Source: Candidatus Cloacimonadota bacterium (GTDB lineage Bacteria > Cloacimonadota > Cloacimonadia > Cloacimonadales > WRIO01). From it: 26,504 nucleotides of DNA. The first letter of the stretch is position 1. Every line of letters starts with the position of its first letter. Shown here in pieces: positions 10,525 to 18,709 of the stretch. The stretch lies in NCBI GenBank assembly GCA_029564175.1, contig JAKQQL010000224.1, positions 1 to 26,504 of the forward strand. Reading direction: 5' to 3'. The position numbers were made by a program, and so were the translations under genes. The notes below the pieces were generated by a model that saw only the letters and a program-made list of their open reading frames with translations, had not been told where the DNA came from and searched no databases.

Positions 10525-11643
10525 TTATTGAGTTTCAAACGGTATTGAGAAATAGAATCGGGTACCTTTATTCACTTCACTTTCAAAAGCAATTTTCCCA
10601 TCATGTTTAGAAACCAGCTCTTTACATAGAATGAGACCTAAGCCTGTACCAATTTCTTTTTCGGTACCTTTTGTGGAATAAACCTTGTCAAGTTTGAAGA
10701 GATTTTTTTGTTTTTCTGGTGGAATTCCTGCTCCGTAATCCTGCACAGAAATCACATATTCAGTTTCCTTTTTTTCAGCAGTTATCGAGATAATACCATT
10801 TCTAAATGAAAATTTAATTGCATTACTAATTAAATTGCGCATAAGTGTCTTAATCATATTGAAGTCAGCATACAAAGACAAGTCTTCAGCAATATCAATC
10901 TGAATTTTTAGACCCTTGTTATCGAGATGATCATAATAAGTATTAATCACATCATTCAGTAAATCAATAAAAATAAACGTTTTCTTCTCCATCTGATAAT
11001 TTTTCATTTGAAATCTAGACCATTGCAGGAGATCATTTAAAAGGTTATTCAAGCGATTACTGCTGTCAAAAGCTTTAGAAACTAAGTATTGTAAATGTTC
11101 TGTATCTTTAAAATCACATTGATGATACAAAATATCAATAAAACCATGCATACTGGAAAACACACTTCTGATATCATGAGAAATAATAGAAAACAGTTTG
11201 TCTTTTTCTGCATTTAATTGCTGGAGTTCTTTAACACTATCTTTGATATATTCTTTTGATTTTTTTAATTCAAGATGGGTTTTAATACGTGCTTTAACCT
11301 CATTTTTGTTAAAAGGGCGAGTGATGTAATCAACCCCTCCGTATTCAAAGCCTTTTATAATATCTTCCTGATTCGATTTTGAAGTTAAGAATATGACCGG
11401 TATATCGTTGGTTTCCGGATCTTCCTGGAGAAGCCTACAAACATCAAAACCACTCATATCAGGCATTTCAATATCTAAAAGGATGAGACAGGGATTAAGA
11501 GATTTTGCTTTATCGAGTGCATCTCTTCCATTTATGGCATATTCAGTCCGATAATGATCCTTTTCCAGTATAGCACTCAACAATTTAATATTGATGATCT
11601 GATCATCAACAATGAGTATCATGTATTCATTTACACTTTGCAT
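10525..11643 (-). CDS. Hybrid response regulator-histidine kinase (REC-HisKA-HATPase)
   Basis: REC ILIVDD...LLDIEMP...FLTS...TRPF; H-box IISHDIRS; RNLISNAIKFS; DYGAGI; GTGLGL; SD GGAGG at 11655-11651. Confidence 0.93.
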   Translation of the reverse strand: MQSVNEYMILIVDDQIINIKLLSAILEKDHYRTEYAINGRDALDKAKSLNPCLILLDIEMPDMSGFDVCRLLQEDPETNDIPVIFLTSKSNQEDIIKGFEYGGVDYITRPFNKNEVKARIKTHLELKKSKEYIKDSVKELQQLNAEKDKLFSIISHDIRSVFSSMHGFIDILYHQCDFKDTEHLQYLVSKAFDSSNRLNNLLNDLLQWSRFQMKNYQMEKKTFIFIDLLNDVINTYYDHLDNKGLKIQIDIAEDLSLYADFNMIKTLMRNLISNAIKFSFRNGIISITAEKKETEYVISVQDYGAGIPPEKQKNLFKLDKVYSTKGTEKEIGTGLGLILCKELVSKHDGKIAFESEVNKGTRFYFSIPFETQ

Positions 11644-11666
11644 ATAAAAACCTCCGATATAATAAT

Positions 11667-11695
11667 AATATATCCTTTTTCGGAAGCTTTGTCAA
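11667..11695 (-). promoter_or_regulatory. Sigma70-type promoter of the REC-kinase gene
   Basis: Minus-strand TTGACA (11695-11690), 17-nt spacer, TATATT (11672-11667), followed by the GGAGG SD and ATG. It lies just downstream of the tRNA terminator. Confidence 0.65.
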
Positions 11696-11706
11696 TCATT
11701 TTTGAT

Positions 11707-11733
11707 AAAAAAAAAGCACCTTTCACAGGTGCT
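11707..11733 (-). terminator. Rho-independent terminator of tRNA-Phe
   Basis: Minus strand AGCACCT-GTGAA-AGGTGCT followed by a T run, 7 nt after the tRNA CCA. Confidence 0.9.
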
Positions 11734-11740
11734 GAATATA

Positions 11741-11816
11741 TGGTGGCAGGACCCAGACTTGAACTGGGGACACAAGGCTTTTCAGGCCTCTGCTCTACCG
11801 ACTGAGCTATCCCGCC
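11741..11816 (-). tRNA. tRNA-Phe (GAA)
   Basis: 76 nt, GGCGGGATAGCTCAGTCGGTAGAGCAGAGGCCTGAAAAGCCTTGTGTCCCCAGTTCAAGTCTGGGTCCTGCCACCA. Full cloverleaf, anticodon loop CT-GAA-AA, T-loop TTCAAGT, encoded CCA. Confidence 0.98.
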
Positions 11817-11840
11817 ATGTCACGCTATCAATTATGTTCA

Positions 11841-11868
11841 TATTTATAAGAATGAGTTTTTTTGTCAA
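11841..11868 (-). promoter_or_regulatory. Probable tRNA-Phe promoter
   Basis: Perfect TTGACA (11868-11863) with an AT-rich but non-consensus -10 region (TAAATA at 16-nt spacing). Confidence 0.45.
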
Positions 11869-12012
11869 GAGAAAATATTAAATTTAGCATAATTCATCAT
11901 ATTCAAGCTATCCAATTATCTGAAAATCAATTAGTTACAAATTTTAAAAATTTTCCTTCCATACTCCCTGCTGATGTTCAGGTTTTTTGCTTAATTCTCC
12001 AAGTAAGAAAAG

Positions 12013-12056
12013 GGAAAGGATAAGGAAAGGATAAGGAAGGAATAAGGAAAGAATAG
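12013..12056 (+). repeat. Four tandem 11-bp purine-rich repeats (consensus GGAAAGGATAA)
   Basis: GGAAAGGATAA, GGAAAGGATAA, GGAAGGAATAA, GGAAAGAATAG in the divergent intergenic region. Confidence 0.85.
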
Positions 12057-12339
12057 AAGAGACATGAATCACTATATCATTTTTAAAATCTATTTTCTAA
12101 GGTCTCTGGATGATAATGTAACAACAAAAAAACCATAATATCTTAAAAGAAAACAGTCTTTGGACAGTCTCCTCTAAAAATATTTTGAATTTTTATAAAA
12201 AAAACTTGACTTTAAAATAAATAATATATTCTTTGAATCATTAATATAAAATGGGTTAGAGAAAAAAAGATTTAGGCGATTATATCGGGTTCATTTATGA
12301 ACTGATTAGTCCCTAATGAAGGCAAAAAGGGAGGTTACT

Positions 12340-13311
12340 TTGTTTTTTTTAAACTTCTTTAAAAAACATAAACTATGGCTTTTCATAGGATTAAGCATAT
12401 TGTCATGTTCAATGACTAACTATCAAAAAGAAGGAAAAGTATTCTACCTAAAAGAGAATTATGACAAAGCATTAGATTATTTTTACAAAGCACTTAAAAA
12501 ACAAGAAGCCTCTGACATTTTACTTTATAATGAAATCGGTAATTGTTACTATCAAAAAAAAGAATATACCAAAGCACTTGAAAATTACAGTAAATCAATA
12601 TCTCAAATTAATGATTATGTATTAAAGCAAGACAGAAGAATTTTACAGCCTGATGTTGTTTTTTTTAACAGAGGCGTATGTTATAGCCAGATAAATGAAA
12701 GATTAAAAGCCATTTCAGATTTTGAAAAAGCAATATTGATTCATTATAAAGAGCCCAAATATCATCTGGCACTTGGAACAGAATATTTAAAAATTGAAAA
12801 TTATGACAAAGCAATTGAGTATCTGAAAAACACATTAGAGTCTGAAGGTAAAAATCATATTGCATGTAAGAATTTAGGCATCGCCTATTATAAAAAAAAT
12901 GATTTATACAACTCATTGGAAATATGGAAAAAAGGTGTTGGACTTGACACTAATGATTATGAAATCATGCTCTATCTTGGAGAAGCAAATGGAAAATTGG
13001 GAATGACAGATGAAGCTATAGAATGGTATGAAAACTATTTTAAGTTTTCAAAGGATTATGAAAAACATTACATCCCATACATCAATCTAGGCTATCAATA
13101 TGCAAAAAAAGAGAACTATGACAAAGCCATATTAAATTATAAAAAATCTATTTCGTATAATTCCAAATATCATGAAGCCTATTTTCATCTTGCGGTTCTT
13201 TATGACAAACATAAAGACAAAGTTAATTGCATTGAGAATATGAAAAAGGCGGCCTATTATGGTAATAAAGAAGCTCAAAATTATTTAAATGAAATCAATA
13301 TCAAATGGTAA
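12340..13311 (+). CDS. TPR-repeat lipoprotein
   Basis: Likely start is TTG at 12340 (GGAGG at 12330-12334), not ATG 12316. Signal KKHKLWLFIGLSILS-C with a lipobox Cys; about 7-8 TPR units (YNEIGNCYY, FFNRGVCY, YHLALG, YINLGYQY). Confidence 0.85.
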   Translation: MFFLNFFKKHKLWLFIGLSILSCSMTNYQKEGKVFYLKENYDKALDYFYKALKKQEASDILLYNEIGNCYYQKKEYTKALENYSKSISQINDYVLKQDRRILQPDVVFFNRGVCYSQINERLKAISDFEKAILIHYKEPKYHLALGTEYLKIENYDKAIEYLKNTLESEGKNHIACKNLGIAYYKKNDLYNSLEIWKKGVGLDTNDYEIMLYLGEANGKLGMTDEAIEWYENYFKFSKDYEKHYIPYINLGYQYAKKENYDKAILNYKKSISYNSKYHEAYFHLAVLYDKHKDKVNCIENMKKAAYYGNKEAQNYLNEINIKW

Positions 13312-13325
13312 AACAGGAGGTTTAA

Positions 13326-15065
13326 ATGAGAAAACTCATTATTGTAATGGTATTAATGGCTGTCATTACAAGTATAACAGCTCAAGTGAATGTATCTTCA
13401 AGCTATGTTGACAGTCTTGAAACAGAAATGCGAAATTCTAATTTTTCGTATAAGAGTCAGATGAATTTGATAAACTTCTATTTATCTAAAGGATACAAAG
13501 AAGCAGCGCTATTAAATTTTTCTTTTTTAAAACGAGATAATTCTTTAAGTCATGAAGACCTTAAAACGATGAGTCAGCTTGAATATGATCTAGAATTAAT
13601 TGAAAAATCTTCTGCTGATTTATCCGCATTGTATTTGTTAAAACCTGATTTAGACACAATCTTACGTTTATCTGTTCTCTATTCTGCGACAGGAGATAAG
13701 GAGAAAGCATTGAGATTATTAAACAGGAATCAGTCAGATAAACATGATAAATATGAACAATTACGCAATTTATATGTTGAGCTTTATAATAACAATAAAA
13801 CAATACTTGCAACCGCCTGCAGAGAAATCCTTTGGACTTATGATTATGCTATGAGTTCAAAATATTTTGTTAAGCCTGTTATTACAATTATTTCTCCGGA
13901 AAAAAATGCTGAAACGAATTCAGGCAAATCATCAATAGTTTTTCAGGTAAAGCATGAGCATCCTGTTAAAAATGTGTATATTAACAATGTAGATCTGGCT
14001 CAGTCAGAAAGTTTAACAAAAACAGATAAAGAATACAAAAAAGATTTTTCATATCTGGCTGATCTCAGTGAAGGAACAAATCAATTTATTATAAAAGTAG
14101 TGGATATTAATGGAGAAACGCAAACAGATACTTTGCAAATTAATCAGTTTAGCTTTACCAGAAATCTTGCATGGAAATCTGCAGAATCAGACACGCTGTT
14201 TAATCAGCTAAAACGCATCAGAAATTATTATCCAGAAAAAATGCTGATTAGTCAGAAAGATAAAAACCAAATACTTTGTATTGTAGATACAAATTCAAAG
14301 CTCAATGAACAAATGCTGACTTTATTTGATTTAATCTCTGACCCATTAACAGGCTCAGTTGAAACTGCTAATGCAAAGCTGATATGTCAAAACAGAGCAG
14401 TTTCTGGAAATCTGAATACATATCTGGGACAAAGCCTTTTAAAACAAGTTAATTTTAATACACGTCTGATACTGGGAATTTCTGGAAGATGGCATATTAA
14501 CAGAGAAAACTGGATGCTTGAAGATATTCATAAGAATCAAGTCAATATTAAGCCATATATTGAAAATCTATTTAAGTATGCTTCATCAGGTATTACATTA
14601 ATAATTGGTGGCCAGGACATTATTTCCCCTGTTATGAAAAGCCAGCTTGAGCAAATGATTCAACAGTCAGTCAATCCTGTACAGATTATTTTCTTGAATA
14701 ATCAAGTGTGGAAAAACAGTCCAAATCAATTTATTAACGCCAATATTGATCAGGTGGTGCTATCTTACCCTTTACATGATATTCTCAATGGAGAAATTAT
14801 TCAGAATAATAAATTTACAAATCAGTCAACGCTCATTTATAATCCATATTATCCTGTAAAAAAATCACATAATGAACTATACTCTCGTACAGAACAAAAA
14901 TTAATCTCTACAAAAGTAAGTGATAGTGACAAAAACAAAATTCTCAATTTCTGTAGTGACTGGCGACGTTATAATGAAATGAGTAACTATTTAAAAAACA
15001 GCTGGACTCTGAATGATCTACTGGTTCGTGTAAATGATTTTGAACAAAGACAAGTCGAGGAATAA
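13326..15065 (+). CDS. Exported protein: TPR-like region, Ig-like domain and putative catalytically dead caspase-like (C14) domain
   Basis: SD AGGAGG; signal peptide MRKLIIVMVLMAVITSITA|Q; Ig-like KPVITIISP...LSEGTNQFIIKVVDING. The C-terminal alpha/beta region has RLILGISGRW and ITLIIGGQD at the expected SGHG and DAC positions. The ORF is secure; the caspase fold is inferred. Confidence 0.6.
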   Translation: MRKLIIVMVLMAVITSITAQVNVSSSYVDSLETEMRNSNFSYKSQMNLINFYLSKGYKEAALLNFSFLKRDNSLSHEDLKTMSQLEYDLELIEKSSADLSALYLLKPDLDTILRLSVLYSATGDKEKALRLLNRNQSDKHDKYEQLRNLYVELYNNNKTILATACREILWTYDYAMSSKYFVKPVITIISPEKNAETNSGKSSIVFQVKHEHPVKNVYINNVDLAQSESLTKTDKEYKKDFSYLADLSEGTNQFIIKVVDINGETQTDTLQINQFSFTRNLAWKSAESDTLFNQLKRIRNYYPEKMLISQKDKNQILCIVDTNSKLNEQMLTLFDLISDPLTGSVETANAKLICQNRAVSGNLNTYLGQSLLKQVNFNTRLILGISGRWHINRENWMLEDIHKNQVNIKPYIENLFKYASSGITLIIGGQDIISPVMKSQLEQMIQQSVNPVQIIFLNNQVWKNSPNQFINANIDQVVLSYPLHDILNGEIIQNNKFTNQSTLIYNPYYPVKKSHNELYSRTEQKLISTKVSDSDKNKILNFCSDWRRYNEMSNYLKNSWTLNDLLVRVNDFEQRQVEE

Positions 15066-15068
15066 AAA

Positions 15069-15794
15069 ATGAAAAAGACCTATATTACATGCCTAATAGC
15101 TATTTTTACCTGCCTGTTATTTGCAAAAGATATAAATTATTCATTTAATTATCTCATTATCAGTGCAGACAAAGTAAAAAAATATGATTATGATTTTACC
15201 GGCAAAAATCTAAATACCTTTTCAGAAAAAATACTCAATGCATTTAAAATAAAACCGACCAGTTCCTTAATTATCGATGATTATTCGACAGATAAAACCC
15301 TTAGTGTTTACAATCGTATTAATTCCTTTTACCAGCAAATAGATAAAGAGAATTATTCTCTTATTCTGGTGATGGGACCATGGGGCAAAAGCAATAAAGA
15401 TCAGCTACTTATTACAAATAGTGAGGACAAACTACACTATGAATACCTTATGAACTTATATGAATTTTTGCCTGCTCAAAATGCTTTGATGATAGTCTTG
15501 TATCCTTCAAAAAATAAGCCAGATTTCAGTGAATTTATGAACAAAGAAGGAATCAATCATGCAGGGAAACATCTGATATTTATTGAAGCAGATAATGAAG
15601 ATGCTATGGATGCAATTAAAAGCTGTCAGAGAATTTTTGAGAAAATTGCAAAAAACGGAACAAATCAAACCGCATTTACCATTACTCAGTACTTTATCAA
15701 TCAGGCAAGCAATGAAAAAATGAAAATCAAAGCATATCAACTTTCTAAAGCAAATGATTATGAATTATCGAACACAGGAGTTAACAATGAATAA
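15069..15794 (+). CDS. Exported stand-alone putative pseudo-caspase (C14-like fold)
   Basis: Signal peptide MKKTYITCLIAIFTCLLFA|K. Strand/helix order NYLIIS...SLILVMGPWG...NALMIVLYP...GKHLIFI follows the caspase pattern but without catalytic His/Cys. Confidence 0.55.
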   Translation: MKKTYITCLIAIFTCLLFAKDINYSFNYLIISADKVKKYDYDFTGKNLNTFSEKILNAFKIKPTSSLIIDDYSTDKTLSVYNRINSFYQQIDKENYSLILVMGPWGKSNKDQLLITNSEDKLHYEYLMNLYEFLPAQNALMIVLYPSKNKPDFSEFMNKEGINHAGKHLIFIEADNEDAMDAIKSCQRIFEKIAKNGTNQTAFTITQYFINQASNEKMKIKAYQLSKANDYELSNTGVNNE

Positions 15795-18687
15795 GAAAAC
15801 GATCACATTCATCATTCTGATAACTGTTCTAAGTGCCTGTCTCTGGGCTCAAAAAAGTAAATCTAATGTTACAGTTAATGACCCTCTGTTATATATAAAC
15901 CATGTAGATTTCAGTGAGTATCCAAAAGTATCTCTTTTTATAACAGCCAGTGATCAGTTTGGGAATCCAATTGATTTTAACCAACTGGATAATGAAAATA
16001 TACTCATTCATCAAAACCAACAAAAATTGAAAATCCTAAAAAAAGAATCTCTTGCCAATTTGAAAGACAAAGGAGAAGAAGAGCTTTATATTAGCCTTGT
16101 TCTGGATAACTCCTACTCAATGCAGTCCAGAATTAAATTTCTGGATAATGCTGTCCAGCAATTTATCAAAAAGACCAGTCCGACAGATTATTTGAATATT
16201 GTTGACTTTGAAGACCAGAACTTTCTCAGATTTGATTTTTTAAATCATACAAACAAATCTTCTATCCGTGAAGATGAGTATTATTTGAGCCAAATTAAGC
16301 ATATAAAACACAGAATAGACTTTACAAATTCAAAAAAATTGCTTTTAGAAGCAGCAAATACAAAAAAACTAACTTCCATGACTTACTTATATGACGGCAT
16401 TTTAACTGGATTATATAAGCTGCAAAAATATGAAGAAGGCGGGAAAAAATTCTTAGTCATATTTTCAGATGGTATAGATACAAACTCAAATGCAAAATAT
16501 CAAACCATTTTGAAATTTATAAAAGAATATAAAATACCAATTTATGCGATTGATTTAGGTTCCAGAGAAAACAAGAGATTGAAAGAAATCGCTCAGGTTT
16601 CAGGTGGTGATTATTTTTTTACTCAAACAGAAAAAGATCTTGATAAACTATATGCTAAAATATTTAAGATACTGGAAAATCAATGGAAGATTACATGTAC
16701 TCCCGATACTGAACAAATGTTTTCCAATAATCTGAAGTATACTTTAGAGATCCACAATCCATACAATATCAGTACTAAAAGAAATATACAGGTAAAAGGA
16801 GATCAGATCGCTTATCAAAGCTTAATGTATAATGAAAGTCAGGGAAAAGAAAGTGAACAGGCATATTTAAACTTTTTAAGCTCATGGGAAAGATCAAATT
16901 ATTACAATAAAGTGATGATAAAACTAGGCTCTTTTTATGCAAGAAGAGGTGATCAGGATAAAGCATTTGCCTGTTATAACATTATCCTCAGAGATAATGC
17001 TGCGCCTGAATTCTCAGAAGCGCTGATGAAAAAAGGAAGCCTTTTCAACGACAATAAAAATTATGCTGCGGCATCAAATCTCTATAAAAGAGCGCTGAAT
17101 AATAATTACATTGAATCAACCACAATGGCGAAGGTTCAAATGGAATTAGCAAAAACTTATGCAGCAGAGGGAGAATACTCTGCTGCTTTGAATTCATATT
17201 CCCAACTGGTTTCAAAATACCAGGGAACAGAGTACGCAGCTGAAGCTCTGATTTCATCTGCAATGCTTCACATGGAAATGGGAGATCTCACACAGGCAAA
17301 CAATAAGTTAAATGAAGTTCTTTCTAACTACCCTGAATCTAAATCAGCTGTTTATGCAAAAATTGAAAAATCTAAAATAGATGAAAATCCAGATAATACT
17401 AACGATAAAAATTTAGATAATCAACAAATATATTCTGATATTATCACTTCAAGGAATTTAGACGCTGATATAAAAAACGAATATACCCTCAAACTGGCAA
17501 AAAGCCATGTTGAAAACAAAAGATACGATGAAGCCTATTTGTTACTAGACAAACTCATTAATGATGAAAATGCACTGGATGAAGTCAGAATTAATGCTTC
17601 AAAATTAAAAATTGAAACCGCATATGCTGCTGGACAGGCTCAAAAAGCAGGAGAAACATTTTATAATTTATCACCTGAATATCAATCGATATTAACACAG
17701 GAAAAGAAAATATATCCTGCTTCTGTAGAAGGTATCCCTGCAGTAGCTTTATGTAATGGCACAATCATTCGTAATGCAGACCAATCGATTCAATATGAAG
17801 ATATTCAAAGTATCGAAAAAACAGATGATCTGGATAAATTTGAAGTGATTGGTTCTTATCAAAAATTCAGCAATAAGTTACTGGATTCGTATGTCTATTT
17901 CTATATTCCTCAGTATATGCTGGAGAATAAAACGATCATTGTTGGGGTTTCGGGTGTTTATCAGTTTATTGAAAACCAGTGGGAACAAGTGAATAGTAAA
18001 TTTGATACAAAAAAATCTGCGTTTATGTTTGAATGTACAAGTTCTGGTATTTATTGTGTCATGGCACGACCACCAAAGGTTATCACCTTGTTTAATATAA
18101 ATTTTGAGTTGAATAAGGCTGATCTTACAAAAGATTCTGAACCTCATCTTTTCAGAATAATTGACGAACTCAAAGAATTGCCGGATGTAAAGCTAGAAAT
18201 TGCTGGGCATACTGATAATCAGGGAACAGAAGAGTTCAACCAAAAACTTTCAGAAGCCAGAGCAAACAGTGTAAAATCTTTTATTGTTAAAAGTGGTATT
18301 GAACCTTCTCGAATTTCTATAATTGGTTATGGATTTAAAATGCCTATTGTCCCTAATGATTCACCTGAAAATATGGCAAAAAACAGAAGAACAGAGTTTA
18401 CTATTACGTCTTCAGTTTTTACTCAAACTTTTAACAAAACTGAAGAAAAAGAAAAATTCGCAGTTTATCTGTCATCTTTTACATCAATAAAAAAAGCTAC
18501 AGATGAAAAAAAATTCTATCAGAAAATTGGATTTAAACCTCGTTTGATAATGGATGAAGAAAATAAAACAGAACCATATAAACTCTATCTGGCGATTTGT
18601 TCAAGCCAATCTGAAGCAGAATCAATAGTCAATCAGCTGATAAAAGAATATAAAAACCTTAAACCACAAGTGATTTCAATTAATTAA
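15787..18687 (+). CDS. Exported vWA - TPR - beta-sandwich - OmpA_C - SPOR multidomain protein
   Basis: Likely start is ATG 15787 (SD AGGAG; ATGAATAA overlap with the upstream stop). Signal peptide ...SACLWA|Q; MIDAS DNSYS...T(YLYDG)...FSDG; CpoB/BamD-like TPRs (YQGTEYAAEAL, NYPESKSA); OmpA_C INFELNKA...GHTDNQG...LSEARA...NRRTEF; SPOR-like FAVYLSSF...YKLYLA. Confidence 0.88.
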   Translation: MNKKTITFIILITVLSACLWAQKSKSNVTVNDPLLYINHVDFSEYPKVSLFITASDQFGNPIDFNQLDNENILIHQNQQKLKILKKESLANLKDKGEEELYISLVLDNSYSMQSRIKFLDNAVQQFIKKTSPTDYLNIVDFEDQNFLRFDFLNHTNKSSIREDEYYLSQIKHIKHRIDFTNSKKLLLEAANTKKLTSMTYLYDGILTGLYKLQKYEEGGKKFLVIFSDGIDTNSNAKYQTILKFIKEYKIPIYAIDLGSRENKRLKEIAQVSGGDYFFTQTEKDLDKLYAKIFKILENQWKITCTPDTEQMFSNNLKYTLEIHNPYNISTKRNIQVKGDQIAYQSLMYNESQGKESEQAYLNFLSSWERSNYYNKVMIKLGSFYARRGDQDKAFACYNIILRDNAAPEFSEALMKKGSLFNDNKNYAAASNLYKRALNNNYIESTTMAKVQMELAKTYAAEGEYSAALNSYSQLVSKYQGTEYAAEALISSAMLHMEMGDLTQANNKLNEVLSNYPESKSAVYAKIEKSKIDENPDNTNDKNLDNQQIYSDIITSRNLDADIKNEYTLKLAKSHVENKRYDEAYLLLDKLINDENALDEVRINASKLKIETAYAAGQAQKAGETFYNLSPEYQSILTQEKKIYPASVEGIPAVALCNGTIIRNADQSIQYEDIQSIEKTDDLDKFEVIGSYQKFSNKLLDSYVYFYIPQYMLENKTIIVGVSGVYQFIENQWEQVNSKFDTKKSAFMFECTSSGIYCVMARPPKVITLFNINFELNKADLTKDSEPHLFRIIDELKELPDVKLEIAGHTDNQGTEEFNQKLSEARANSVKSFIVKSGIEPSRISIIGYGFKMPIVPNDSPENMAKNRRTEFTITSSVFTQTFNKTEEKEKFAVYLSSFTSIKKATDEKKFYQKIGFKPRLIMDEENKTEPYKLYLAICSSQSEAESIVNQLIKEYKNLKPQVISIN

Positions 18688-18709
18688 GAAAAGAGCTCAG
18701 GGGATAATA

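Noticed and set aside
11554..11805. 83-aa plus-strand ORF
   Set aside because: It is antisense to the tRNA-Phe and the start of the REC-kinase gene; its C-terminus is simply the translated tRNA complement.
12013..12056. CRISPR array or type III-E (Craspase) link for the CHAT protease
   Set aside because: The repeats are 11 bp with no spacers, there are no cas genes in the window, and the CHAT protein appears to be exported.
12316..12339. ORF-track starts at 12316 (and likewise 15754)
   Set aside because: Downstream starts at 12340 and 15787 have proper SD sequences and place the signal peptides at the N-terminus.
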